Source: Squalus acanthias (Eukaryota). Taken from it: 64,000 bases of DNA. Location: NCBI GenBank assembly GCA_030390025.1, contig CM059433.1, positions 18,850,001-18,914,000 of the forward strand. Direction: 5' to 3'. The stretch's first letter is position 1; each line of letters starts with the position of its first letter. A program made the position numbers and the translations under genes. Under the pieces are notes generated by a model. The model was not told the origin of the DNA and made no database searches. It saw nothing but the letters and a program-made list of their open reading frames with translations. Of the stretch, positions 26,093 to 38,052 are shown one piece after another.

Positions 26093-26370
26093 GGGAAGAG
26101 CTGGAAATCAAATAGATTTAAGGCCAGGGTAAAGCTGGGAAAAGGGGGAGGGGATAAAGGAACAAAGGAGGAGATGAAGAGACATTAAGAGACATTAAGA
26201 GATATGCAAGGCTAGAGGTGGTGTTAATGTGACAGATTAAGGCTGAATGAAGTGTGAAATCCACTGGCAGAATGAAGGACAGCTGCCAGCTTCTAGGAGG
26301 AAAAAAAAAAGGTGGGGGGGACAAATAAAAGGGTGGATAAAATAAAATATAAATGTGATTGGAGCTGAGG

Positions 26371-28038
26371 TTATGATCTAAAATTGTTGAACTCGATATT
26401 GAGTCCAGAGGGCTGTAGCGTGCCTAAACGAAAGATGAGGTGCTGTTCCTCGAGCTTACGCTGAGCTTCCGTGGAACAGTGTAATAGGCCGAGGACGGTG
26501 AGGTCAGAGTGGGAGTGAAGCGGTGAATTAAAGTGACAGGCCACCGGGAGCTCGGGGTCCCCCTTACGGACTGAACGGAGGTGTTCCGCAAAGCGGTCAC
26601 CCAATCTGCGTTTGGTCTCCCCAATGTAGAGGAGTCCACATCGTGAGCAGCGAATACAGTATACTAAATTGCAGGAAGTACAAGTAAATCGCTGTTTCAC
26701 CTGGAAGGGGTGTTTGGGGCCCTGGACAGTGGGAAGAGGGGAGGTATAAGGGCATGTGTTGCATCTCCTGCGCGTGCACGGGAAGGTGCCGGGCGAAGGG
26801 GAAGGGGTGCTGGGGGTGGTGGAGGAGTGGACTAGGGTGTCGCGGAGGGAGCGGTCCCTGCGGAATGCTGAAAGGGGAGGTGAGGGGAAGATGTGTTTGG
26901 TGGTGGGATCACGCTGGAGGTGGCGGAAATGGCGGAGGATGATCCGTTGAATGTGGAGGCTGGTGGGGTGAAAGGTGAGGACAAGGGGAACCCTATCGTG
27001 GTTCCGGGAGGGAGGGGCAGGGGTGAGGGCAGATGTGCGGGAGATAGAACGGACACGGTCGAGGGCCGTGTCGACCACGGTAGAGGGGAATCCTCGGTTG
27101 AGGAAAAAGGAAGACATGTCGGAAGCACTGGTATGGAAGGTGGCATCATCAGAGCAGATGCGGCGGAGACGGAGAAACTGGGAGAATGGAATAGAGTCCT
27201 TACAGGAGGCGGGGTGGGAGGAAGTGTAGTCCAGGTAGCTGTGGGAGTCGGTGGGCTTGTAGTGAATGTTAGTCAATAACCTATCCCCAGAGATGGAGAT
27301 GGAGAAGTCGAGGAAGGGAAGGGAAGAGTCGGAGATGGACCATGTGAAGGTGAGGGAAGGGTGGAAATTGGAAGCATAGTGAATGAAATGTTCTAGTTCA
27401 GGGCGAGAGCAGGAGACGGCACCGATACAGTCATCAATGTACCGGAAAAAGAGGTGAGGGAGGGGACCCGAGTAGGACTGGAACAAAGAGTGTTCCACAT
27501 ATCCCACGAAAAGGCAGGCATAGCTAGGACCCATGCGGGTACCCATAGCAACACCTTTAATTTGGAGGAAATGGGTAGAGTCAAAGGAGAAGTTGTTCAA
27601 TGTGAGAACAAGTTCAGCCAGGCGGAGGAGGGTGGTGGTGGATGGGGACTGGTTGGGCCTCTGTTCAAGGAAGAAGCGGAGCGCCCTCAGGCCATCCTGG
27701 TGGGGAATGGAGGTGTAGAGGGATTGTACGTCCATAGTGAAGAGGAGACGGTTGGGGCCGGGAAACTGGAAACTGTTAAAATGGCGGAGGGCATCGGAAG
27801 AGTCGCGGATGTAGGTGGGAAGAGACTGGACAAGGGGAGAAAAAATAGAGTCGAGATAGGAAGAGATAAGTTCCGTGGGGCAAGAACAGGCTGAAACGAT
27901 GGGTCTACCGGGGCAGTCCTGTTTGTGGATCTTGGGAAGGAGGTAGAAGCGGGCTGTGCGCGGTTGGGGAACTATGAGGTTGGCGGCCGTGGGGGGAAGT
28001 TCTCCAGAGGAGATGAGGTCAGTGACGGTCTTGGACAC
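26371..28038 (-). CDS. Penelope-like RT + GIY-YIG endonuclease (N-terminally truncated; frame likely extends toward ~28295)
   Basis: FYLLPKIHK, PGRPIVS, MDVQSLYT, GVAMGT, FFRYIDD, then VYCIRCSRCGLLYIGETKRRLGDRFAEH. Confidence 0.9.
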   Translation of the reverse strand: MSKTVTDLISSGELPPTAANLIVPQPRTARFYLLPKIHKQDCPGRPIVSACSCPTELISSYLDSIFSPLVQSLPTYIRDSSDALRHFNSFQFPGPNRLLFTMDVQSLYTSIPHQDGLRALRFFLEQRPNQSPSTTTLLRLAELVLTLNNFSFDSTHFLQIKGVAMGTRMGPSYACLFVGYVEHSLFQSYSGPLPHLFFRYIDDCIGAVSCSRPELEHFIHYASNFHPSLTFTWSISDSSLPFLDFSISISGDRLLTNIHYKPTDSHSYLDYTSSHPASCKDSIPFSQFLRLRRICSDDATFHTSASDMSSFFLNRGFPSTVVDTALDRVRSISRTSALTPAPPSRNHDRVPLVLTFHPTSLHIQRIILRHFRHLQRDPTTKHIFPSPPLSAFRRDRSLRDTLVHSSTTPSTPSPSPGTFPCTRRRCNTCPYTSPLPTVQGPKHPFQVKQRFTCTSCNLVYCIRCSRCGLLYIGETKRRLGDRFAEHLRSVRKGDPELPVACHFNSPLHSHSDLTVLGLLHCSTEAQRKLEEQHLIFRLGTLQPSGLNIEFNNFRS

Positions 28039-28866
28039 GGTGGCTTGATGTTCAGTAGTGGGGTCATGGTCCAGGTGGAGGTAGGAGGAGGTGTCAGAGA
28101 GTTGGCGTTCAACCTCCGCTAGGTAGAGGTCGGTTCGCCAAACAACAACAGCGCCACCCTTGTCAGCAGGTTTAATGACAATGTCAGGGTTGGATCGGAG
28201 AGAATGGAGTGCTGCAAGTTCAGAGGGAGGTAGGTTGGAGTGAGTGAGGGGAGCAGAGAAATTGAGCTGGCCGATGTCACGGCGGCAGTTAGCAATTGAT
28301 ATTGATATTACCCGATTTGGTCCGAGGCGATCAATCTCTGTCCAAACCTCTACGTAGGGTGTCTGTTCCCAGGTCCCTGCTGTCGAGTGTTGCTCCTAGG
28401 TTTCATCTGCCAGGTTCTCACTCCCAGGTTCTTGCTCCCAGTTTCTCGCTGCTAGGTTCTCGCTCTCTATCTGGGTTTTTTCCTCCTGGTTTATACTATT
28501 CTATAATCTGTCCCATCTCTTTGGATACACATTTGTTCCCTCTTTCCTGTGCCCTGATGATTAGTTTATCCTATTCTACAACCTGTCCCATCTCCTTGGT
28601 TAGTTTACGTCTGTCTTCATCCATTTTCTTTAATTGACCCATTGTTTGTTAACTGGTGTCTGTAGTGACCTCACCCGTGTCTGACGAGGTTACCTATGAA
28701 CCCTCTGTTTCAGAACATTACTGAACCTCTGCATTATTTATCCACTGTCCCTTACACATGGTGACTCCTTCATTTTATTTCAGTTTTACACTACTTCTTC
28801 CATTTCCACATTCCTCCCTTTGATCATTATCATTTTGACCAAATGATTTGATCACCATAAAGCTGT

Positions 28867-31503
28867 TTACCATCGTCGGGGTGTGTCCTTTGTCCTTTGT
28901 AAAGCCTGATACGCTTCCATTGATTCCACTCGAACCTTCAGCCTTTTCTCTAGTCTTTTCATGCTTACCCAGGTGAAGCATAGGCATATGAACACCAGCA
29001 TGATCATAATTACAGTCAGGTGGGACACGAGTCTCACCCAGGGGTGTATGTTCACATTTTCGCTCCAATTCCAAAGGTCGTCCCACCAAGTATTGATTTT
29101 GATTTGTTTAATCTTTTGGTTAATGTCCTGGGTATTCATTTCCACCCTTTCGTAGATTTCATGAACAAGATCAAGCTTATGTCTAATTTCCGTTATGTGT
29201 TCTTCCTCTAGCTGGATGTTGATGTTGATTTTTGTGAAATATTTTGTCAAGCGATTCTTCAGGTCTATTGACACATTGGGCCAAAAATTGATGCCGCTAC
29301 GCGAGAGTACGCACTGCGTACTCTCGCGTATTCTCTCTCCAATTGCCGGTTTTCTGCATGCACTGCGCATGCGCTGAAAACCGGCACTTGGTTTTTGGAA
29401 AAGGGGGCGGTTCCTCGGTGCACCGCGTGCGCGCTACAGGCTGCGCGCACGCTGTGCACTTAGTGCTTTGGACGCGCAGGTAAGGACGGAAGATTTTAGA
29501 AATGAAAAAAGGAGGAGTAAGACCCACTTTTAACAAGGTAAGTAGTGAATTAAGTATTATTTTGAATTTTTTTTAACAGGTATATCTTTTTTAGAGACTT
29601 TAAAGACAGGTAAGTTTATTTTTATAACTTTTTAAAAGATTTTAAATTTTTTCAAAAATTTAATTTTTTATTTAAAATGGTTCATTTATTTAACTATACT
29701 TATTTTATTAATGTGATGGTTTTTTTTTTAAATTTAATTGAGGTTTAGCTGTTATTTTGGGGGTGTGTAAGATTCATAGCTTTCACAGCACGTATGTGAA
29801 ACTTATGAATGGAAGATGGTGTGCTGCCATTGGCTCTAACTGAGTCACGTGATCCCACAGCTCGCACGAATTCACTACGCCGGTGGGATACGCAAGCACT
29901 GCCCAGCTGATGTCTACAACATCAAGTTCGTGCGAGCTGGATCTGAAAAAGCCAACGCGGAGTGAGAGATCGCGCCTGCTCCTTACCCCCGCGGGAACAG
30001 AGCGAGATCAATTTCTGGGCCATTAAGATTAACAGTTGCATGCCTCTGGATGTTGATAATTTCCTCATTTCCTATTCTCATCGGTATCAGGGGGTGTGTG
30101 CAGAAGGTTGGGTTTTGGATAGGGCAGTCCTTATTCCCATAATGGTAACTAGCTTCGGTGGTGGTAAAATAATATATTCCGTCACCCATATAAGCGCTTC
30201 GAGTGATAGGTTTGTGAATCGCGTTCTCCATGATCAAGGAACAATTTATGGCCGTATTTCCCTTAAATCCGCATCGCGCGGTGCGGGTCGGGTAAATTTT
30301 GTATGGACATATTACTGTTCTTTCCGTAGTGGCACATTGTCCCAATGCAGTTCCCACTCGAGTACCATTCTGCTTCACAGCATATGGCCTCATTCCTGCC
30401 ACGGCCACCCATACTCCTTTTTGTATAGTGCCTATGGTTTGGACCTCAAATAATGGCATTCCTTCCTGGTGTCCTATCATGGGGACTCCTATCACCATCC
30501 CTACAGCAGTACTTCCACGGGGGCCCGTACATTCCTCGTTGAACCATACCCTGCTGAGTTTCCGTAGTTCGCAGTCACTGCTTTATCAGACCCCGGATTT
30601 GAGTATTGTTGATCCAAGTGGGTACTTCTTCACGTTTTGCCAGCAATAAGTTTTCTCTCAGCTGGTCCAGCATCCAATTGCCATAAGTCATGCACAGTGT
30701 TTGTTGTTGGGTTCCGTTCGCCGCCTTTTTGGCCGTGTTAATAAGTTGATTAATAGTCCGTGCATGTCCTTCTAAGACCTTCACCTGTTGTGTTTGGATC
30801 CCTATACTTTCCTGTCCTGCCTGTGACTCTTGTCTTTGATTATTATTCAGTTCCTCCAATAACGTTTTGACTTGCTGGGTTGAGGTTTTAACCTTGGAGT
30901 TCAAATTAGTTATATCTAGAGTATTTACAGTGGCCATTCCTGCTCCATAGACTGTCCCTGAATCATTCAGTAACCCTCTCTTCCTCCTTTTCCTAGCTGT
31001 CTTTGTTTCATTTCCCTGCTTCCCTTCTATCTCTCCCTTGAGCAACATCGAAGTCAAGTCCTGATACAATCTTTTGGTTCCCTCCGGGCACCAATCGGGT
31101 AATTGTACATCGATTATATTCAGTACGATAGGTATTAATTCATATTGTATATTATCATAAACAATTTTGGCCGTGTTTCTTAATATTACTCCTCCCTTGG
31201 GTCCCGGCTCGTGTTCTGCATAGCTATCCATACTATAGCCTTAACATCTTTTCCCGTACAAGCAATACACACAAAGTTCAGTTGAGTTTCAGTTGCCGTC
31301 TCATAGCAGGTTTTTCCTTGGCTGTTACAACTGCACTCGTTGTTGCCATTGGTAGGTGCGTGAAAACCTGCATTGTTGTCTTGGGCACAGTTCTGACTGT
31401 TCCGTCCGTCTGCGGTAATAGTTACATCTGAGTTCTCAGCGAGGATGATACAGCCAAACACCAGACCACAGTACCCCAGAAGGGTGGGTACTGGGATTTC
31501 CAT
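28867..31503 (-). pseudogene. ERV env copy 1 (F-like fusion glycoprotein), disrupted
   Basis: Signal-peptide ORF (ATG 31503), RKRRKR furin site and fusion peptide. Broken by a 20-bp deletion near 30580 and the MITE at 29278-30021. TM segment in 28867-29274. Confidence 0.8.
29278..30021. mobile_element. MITE (744 bp) inserted in env copy 1
   Basis: TIRs GGGCCAAAAATTGAT / ATCAATTTCTGGGCC, TSD ATT. Confidence 0.88.
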
Positions 31504-31637
31504 GAGCAATAATCAGTTACCTAGAAACAAAAAGAAAGATCAGGGTAGCAACTGCTCTTATTTACAGTTCTATCTTTTCTGATACCCGACGCAACCGTTT
31601 GGGTTGTCCTGGACTGGGCGGGGGTAGAGGATGGTTT

Positions 31638-32651
31638 CTAGTCCAGTTGACGAGTCGGATTAAAGACGGGGTTCAAGGGGCTGTTGTGGAAACCTTGAGG
31701 CAACCGGGTCCAAGTGTACTGCTGTCCCTTGTGAGTAAAAGCAAATTTGTACTGGCATTCTTTTGTTAAGGGTATGGACCAAAATCCATTACTGATGTCC
31801 AGGACAGTAAAGATTTTCGCAGTTGGGGTAAGTTTTGAAGCGGTCTCTGGGGCAGTGGCAACAGTGGGTGCCACGGAAGGCGTAACCTTATTCAAGGCTC
31901 GGTAATCTATAGTCATTCTCCAGGACATATCGGGTTTTTGAACGGGCCAAATGGGTGAGTTATTGGTAGAAGCAATGGGTCGGAGCACGCCTTGATTCAA
32001 GAGACTGTGAATAATATTGTCTAAGTCCTTTTCTGCCTCTAAGGGAATTTTATACTGCTTCTGGGGTGGGGGATCGGGTCCCATGATTGAGACCGGTCCT
32101 GCCATCCGGCCACACTCGTGTTTGTGGGTGGCAAAAACATTTGAGTTTTGGGTTAAAATATCCTGTATTTCCGGGTCATCTGTTATGGTAGAAGGAACAA
32201 AAGTAAAAGTTTTCATGCAGCATACGTGCGCGTCATACGTCCCCGTGGGTATTAACACGTCAACACAAGTTTCGCACATTCTCCAAATACATCGGTTTGC
32301 TGGGTCATAAGCCAAATTATATATTCTCATGAAGTCAATACCAATTATTGCCGATTCCCCCTGCATCTGTGGCACCGACAGGCAGGCATGCTTAAATTTG
32401 AAACTTCCCAACTGAATCTCCAATGGCTTAGTGATTGTAGCGGTCTGCCCATGACCGGTAAAGCCGCTAAAGAGAATTTCTTGATTAGTTAAGTCGTTGT
32501 GCGAGAGAGGGTGCTGGTTTCCCAGACAAGTTCTGGATCCGCCTGCGTCCCATAAAAATGTGGTATCGCGACCTCTTACGACACCTGAGACTATAGGCCG
32601 TCCATGATTGTCACATCCTGCCTTGCACACGACCTCTGAGGTCAGACCCCA
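31638..32651 (-). pseudogene. ERV pro + N-terminal RT, copy 1 (protease DAG, RT truncated)
   Basis: NSPIWPVQKPD.SWRMTIDYRALN, LDISNGFWSIP, YTWTRLPQGFHNSP, then ends. No YxDD, RNase H or integrase. Confidence 0.88.
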
Positions 32652-34383
32652 TCATTGTTGGCCGCCGAGCTTGAATGCCGGTTGCTCATAGAAGGGTGCC
32701 ATTCGCCCGGAGCATCCCACAGCGCCGGACTGGTTACTTCTTTTTGGCGCCTGACACTCCCTTTGCCAATGTCCCATCCTTCCGCAGTTACAACAGGGTC
32801 CCCTTAGTGGTCCATATCCCCTATCTCCCTGGTTTGCTACCGGATACCTTGGAGATCCCTTAGTCCTCCATGCTGGTGGGTCATTTCTATCTGGGCCTGA
32901 GCGGAAAGCGTAGATTTTATCTTTTGGTTGGGGAGAAGATTGATTTTGATCGTCCTGCCAAGCCCTGGTCATACGCCTTAAGAACCAGGCCTCATTATGA
33001 GTGTCGTCAGTAGGGTTGAAGAGCTTACATGCCCTTTTACCGGAATCGGAGGCATGGGAAATGAGGGACTTAAACCAGATGGCACGAGGATCATCATCCA
33101 GATTGTCGCGGTTCAATGTTCCCATCAGGTTACAGAAAACCACCCACAAGCGTTCCGCATAAGCGCGGGGGTGTTCTTCGTCACCCTGTTTAAAGTTTGC
33201 TAGTTCCATAACGGGATCCTTGCTGTTAACTCCTGCCGCCTCCTTAATGGCGATCCACATTTCAACTATGGTGCCCTGCCCTGTTCTCTGGGTTTGGGGC
33301 ATGGCCCCAAATATAACGGGTCCCAAACACAAAGTCACTAGTTTCCTCAGCTCTCCCTCATCTAGTCCCTGAGTCTCAGAGGCCTGGAGAACCGCGGCCT
33401 TCCATAATTCAAAATTAATCTTGCCATTGAATTTGGGTACGTTTTTGGCAATATCATTCAATTGGGAGAGAGTAAAAGGGGTGGCATAATTGATGGGTCC
33501 GTTGGGCACAGCGTCTACCGCTTGACCGTTGGTCCTTTCCTGTGTCCGAACAGTGACCATAGGGTTCATGGGTAGTGGGGGTGGCGGCTCCTCTGGGGCA
33601 GCAAGCCCATCCTCTGGGGCAGTAGGACCTTTATTATTTCTATAGGGTGGCGGGGGCTCGTACCATGACGGGTCAGGGGGGCCGTAGTCCCCTTCTCCTG
33701 ATCGGTCCCTCTCATAGTTCTGGGCCGCCTCGGCCAGACTTGAGTAGTCGATACCCTCTGCGCCTCCGTTGGAGAAAGCGCATATTATGCCTCTCTGTGA
33801 GGATAATTGTGATTTTAATACTTCTATTTCTTGACGACAGTGGGTATGATCCGTTTTATCGTATTTTTCCCGCTGGTGAGACTGTTGTATGACCTTGAGG
33901 GCTGATTTCAAATCCTGACATTTTTCCTCTAGGGCAAAGCGGTCCCTTGTGGACTCGCCTAGTTGTTCCTGCATTCGGTGTAATTTTTGATTACTTGCTT
34001 CGACTGCAGTCATACTAGAGGCCATATGGAGAGTGCAATCTTTCATCACTACGTAATTCCTCATTTTCCTTTTGCAAATTTTTAACCTGATTCCGGAGCT
34101 GGTCTAAATCAGACTGCAATTGGTTTTGGGTCTGACCCTGACTGTGTGTTAATGCTCGCTCGCTCATTAGTTCGGAGTAACAGGCTGCCATCAAAAAATA
34201 TTTACCTTTTTTTCGTTTCATTTTTCCCTTTTTATTATTGTGCTCAAAGAAGGTCTGACCTCCTTTGAAACTTGGACCGGCGATCGTCACCGCCCAGTCC
34301 TTATATTTTCCTACCATTAACTGGTTAAACTGTTCTTCCCAATCCTAGGAGGTCTCCCCTTTAGACGCGTCATGTTCCACCAT
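32652..34383 (-). pseudogene. ERV gag copy 1
   Basis: Coiled-coil N-terminus, PPPPY late domain, CxxCxxxxHxxxxC knuckle. TAG near 34345 and a frameshift near 34030. Confidence 0.82.
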
Positions 34384-34399
34384 AGTTACTGCTTTAAAA

Positions 34400-34471
34400 C
34401 CTTATCCGACTCTAACAGATATTCCTTATCCGACTCTAACAGATATTCCTTATCCGACTCTACCAGATATT
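34400..34471. repeat. 3 x 24-bp tandem repeat in the ERV leader (also at 40797-40868)
   Basis: CCTTATCCGACTCTAACAGATATT repeated three times. Confidence 0.9.
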
Positions 34472-34528
34472 GTCTGTCGCTTGTTCAGCCCCTTACTGTG
34501 GTATATTTTGTCCAAACCAAAGTTCTAA

Positions 34529-34548
34529 AGTCCCATCTGGGCTCGCCA
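34529..34548 (-). promoter_or_regulatory. Primer-binding site, tRNA-Arg-like (second copy at 40926-40945)
   Basis: TGGCGAGCCCAGATGGGACT lies 2 nt from the LTR. It is complementary to the vertebrate tRNA-Arg 3' end AGTCCCATCTGGGTCGCCA (recalled from memory) with one extra base. Confidence 0.75.
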
Positions 34549-34550
34549 AT

Positions 34551-35205
34551 TGTTGTTCCGAATTCGCTAGATGTTTGAAAGATCGAACAAATAGGTTAGC
34601 AACTTTTCCTTTTCGGGTTCAAATGTAAGTTTGGTCTGAACAAACACACAGGCAACAGATTTCGTGTACAAAGATTTATCTTTAATAAATGCTTAACAAA
34701 CACCGTTCGTAGTTTAAAGTACAATTCCAAAATATAAGACTCACAACTTATATTGATATTACCCGATTTGGTCCGAGGCGATCAATCTCTGTCCAAACCT
34801 CTACGTAGGGTGTCTGTTCCCAGGTCCCTGCTGTCGAGTGTTGCTCCCAGGTTCTCGCTCTCTATCTGGGGATTTTCCTCTTGGTTTATACTATTCTATA
34901 ATCTGTCCCATCTCTTTGGTTACACATTTGTTCCCTCTTTCCTGTGTCCTGATGATTAGTTTATCCTATTCTACAACCTGTCCCATCTCCTTGGTTAGTT
35001 TACGTCTGTCTTCATCCATTTTCTTTAATTGACCCATTGTTTGTTAACTGGTGTCTGTAGTGACCTCACCCGTGTCTGACGAGGTTACCGATGAGCCCTC
35101 TGTTTCAGAACATTACTGAACCTCTGCATTATTTATCCACTGTCCCTTACACATGGTGACTCCTTCATTTTATTTCAGTTTTACACTACTTCTTCCATTT
35201 CCACA
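34551..35205 (-). repeat. ERV middle (shared) LTR
   Basis: TGTTG...CCACA, flanked by the PBS of copy 1 and the PPT (AAAGGGAGGAA) of copy 2. Confidence 0.92.
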
Positions 35206-35261
35206 TTCCTCCCTTTGATCATTATCATTTTGACCAAATGATTTGATCACCATAAAGCTGT

Positions 35262-37918
35262 TTACCATCGTCGGGGTGTGTCCTTTGTCCTTTGTAAAGC
35301 CTGATACGCTTCCATTGATTCCACTCGAACCTTCAGCCTTTTCTCTAGTCTTTTGATGCTTACCCAGGTGAAGCATAGGCATCTGAACACCAGCATGATC
35401 AGAATTACAGTCAGGTGGGACACGAGTCTCACCCAGGGGTGTATGTTCACATTTTCGCTCCAATTCCAAAGGTCGTCCCACCAAGTATTGATTTTGATTT
35501 GTTTAATCTTTTGGTTAATGTCCTGGGTATTCATTTCCACCCTTTCGTAGATTTCATGAACAAGATCAAGCTTATGTCTAATTTCCGTTATGTGTTCTTC
35601 CTCTAGCTGGATGTTGATGTTGATTTTTGTGAAATATTTTGTCAAGCGATTCTTCAGGTCTATTGACACATTGGGCCAAAAATTGATGCCGCTACGCGAG
35701 AGTACGCACTGCGTACTCTCGCGTATTCTCTCTCCAATTGCCGGTTTTCTGCATGCACTGCGCATGCGCTGAAAACCGGCACTTGGTTTTTGGAAAAGGG
35801 GGCGGTTCCTCGGTGCACCGCATGCACGCTACAGGCTGCGCGCACGCTGTGCACTTAGTGCTTTGGACGCGCAGGTAAGGACGGAAGATTTTAGAAATGA
35901 AAAAAGGAAGAGTAAGACCCACTTTTAACAAGGTAAGTAGTGAATTAAGTATTATTTTGAATTTTTTTTAACAGGTATATCTTTTTTAGAGACTTTAAAG
36001 ACAGGTAAGTTTATTCTTATAACTTTTTAAAAGATTTTAAATTTTTTCAAAAATTTAATTTTTTATTTAAAATGGTTCATTTATTTAACTATACTTATTT
36101 TATTAATGTGATGGTTTTTTTTTAAAAATTTAATTGAGGTTTAGCTGTTATTTTGGGGGGGTGTAAGATTCATAGATTTCACAGCACGTATGTGAAACTT
36201 ATGAATGGAAGATGGTGTGCTGCCATTGGCTCTAACTGAGTCACGTGATCCCACAGCTCGCACAAATTCACTACGCCGGTGGGATACGCAAGCACTGCCC
36301 AGCTGATGTCTAGAACATCAAGTTCGTGCGAGCTGGATCTGAAAAAGCCAACACGGAGTGAGAGATCGCGCCTGCTCCTTACCCCGCGGGAACAGAGCGA
36401 GATCAATTTCTGGGCCATTAAGATTAACAGTTGCATGCCTCTGGATGTTGATAATTTCCTCATTTCCTATTCTCATCAGTATCAGGGGGTGTGTGCAGAA
36501 GGTTGGGTTTTGGATAGGGCAGTCCTTATTCCCATAATGGTAACTAGCTTCGGTGGTGGTAAAATAATATATTCCGTCACCCATATAAGCGCTTCGAGTG
36601 ATAGGTTTGTGAATCGCGTTCTCCATGATCAAGGAACAATTTATGGCCGTATTTCCCTTAAATCCGCATCGCTCGGTGCGGGTCGGGTAAATTTTGTATG
36701 GACATATTACTGTTCTTTCCGTAGTGGCACATTGTCCCAATGCAGTTCCCACTCGAGTACCGTTCTGCTTCACAGCATATGGCCTCATTCCTGCCACGGC
36801 CACCCATACTCCTTTTTGTATAGTGCCTATGGTTTGGACCTCAAATAATGGCATTCCTTCCTGGTGTCCTATCATGGGGACTCCTATCACCATCCCTACA
36901 GCAGTACTTCCACGGGGGCCCGTACATTCCTCGTTGAACCATACCCTGCTGAGTTTCCGTAGTTCGCAGTCACTGATAGTAGCAGGAACATTCTGCTTTA
37001 TCAGACCCCGGATTTGAGTATTGTTGATCCAAGTGGGTACTTCTTCACGTTTTGCCAGCAATAAGTTTTCTCTCAGCTGGTCCAGCATCCAATTGCCATA
37101 AGTCATGCACAGTGTTTGTTGTTGGGTTCCGTTCGCCGCCTTTTTGGCCGTGTTAATAAGTTGATTAATAGTCCGTGCATGTCCTTCTAAGACCTTCACC
37201 TGTTGTGTTTGGATCCCTATACTTTCCTGTCCTGCCTGTGACTCTTGTCTTTGATTATTATTCAGTTCCTCCAATAACGTTTTGACTTGCTGGGTTGAGG
37301 TTTTAACCTTGGAGTTCAAATTAGTTATATCTAGAGTATTTACAGTGGCCATTCCTGCTCCATAGACTGTCCCTGCATCATTCAGTAACCCTCTCTTCCT
37401 CCTTTTCCTAGCTGTCTTTGTTTCATTTCCCTGCTTCCCTCCTATCTCTCCCTTGAGCAACATCGAAGTCAAGTCCTGATACAATCTTTTGGTTCCCTCC
37501 GGGCACCAATCGGGTAATTGTACATCGATTATATTCAGTACGATAGGTATTAATTCATATTGTATATTATCATAAACAATTTTGGCCGTGTTTCTTAATA
37601 TTACTCCTCTCTTGGGTCCCGGCTTGTGTTCTGCATAGCTATCCATACTATAGCCTTAACATCTTTTCCCGTACAAGCAATACACACAAAGTTCAGTTGA
37701 GTTTCAGTTGCCGTCTCATAGCAGGTTTTTCCTTGGCTGTTACAACTGCACTCGTTGTTGCCAATGGTAGGTGTGTGAACACCTGCATTGTTGTCTTGGG
37801 CACAGTTCTGACTGTTCCGTCCGTCTGCGGTAATAGTTACATCTGAGTTCTCAGCGAGGATGATACAGCCAAACACCAGACCACAGTACCCCAGAAGGGT
37901 GGGTACTGGGATTTCCAT
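35262..37918 (-). pseudogene. ERV env copy 2 (F-like fusion glycoprotein)
   Basis: Removing the MITE and one ATT joins ORF 37646-36417 in frame to 35669-35262 (about 545 aa): furin site, fusion peptide, heptad repeats, Cys-rich region, TM. The signal-peptide ORF from 37918 is in a different frame. Confidence 0.85.
35673..36416. mobile_element. MITE (744 bp) inserted in env copy 2
   Basis: Same site, TIRs and TSD ATT as in copy 1. Confidence 0.88.
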
Positions 37919-38052
37919 GAGCAATAATCAGTTACCTAGAAACAAAAAGAAAGATCAGGGTAGCAACTGCTCTTATTTACAGTTCTATCTTTTCTGATAC
38001 CCGACGCAACCGTTTGGGTTGTCCTGGACTGGGCGGGGGTAGAGGATGGTTT

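Larger units (their letters stand above)
25992..28299 (-). mobile_element. Penelope-like retroelement, 5'-truncated
   Basis: Long open RT + GIY-YIG ORF and a hammerhead-bearing terminal region. No clear TSD. Confidence 0.9.
25792..28810 (-). repeat. ERV 3' LTR, interrupted by a Penelope-like element at ~25992-28299
   Basis: 25792-25991 and 28300-28810 together match the LTRs at 34551 and 40948. Confidence 0.9.

Noticed and set aside
26754..28122. Plus-strand ORFs opposite the Penelope ORF (likewise antisense ORFs over LINEs, Gypsy and ERV)
   Set aside because: Shadow ORFs of real coding sequence on the other strand.
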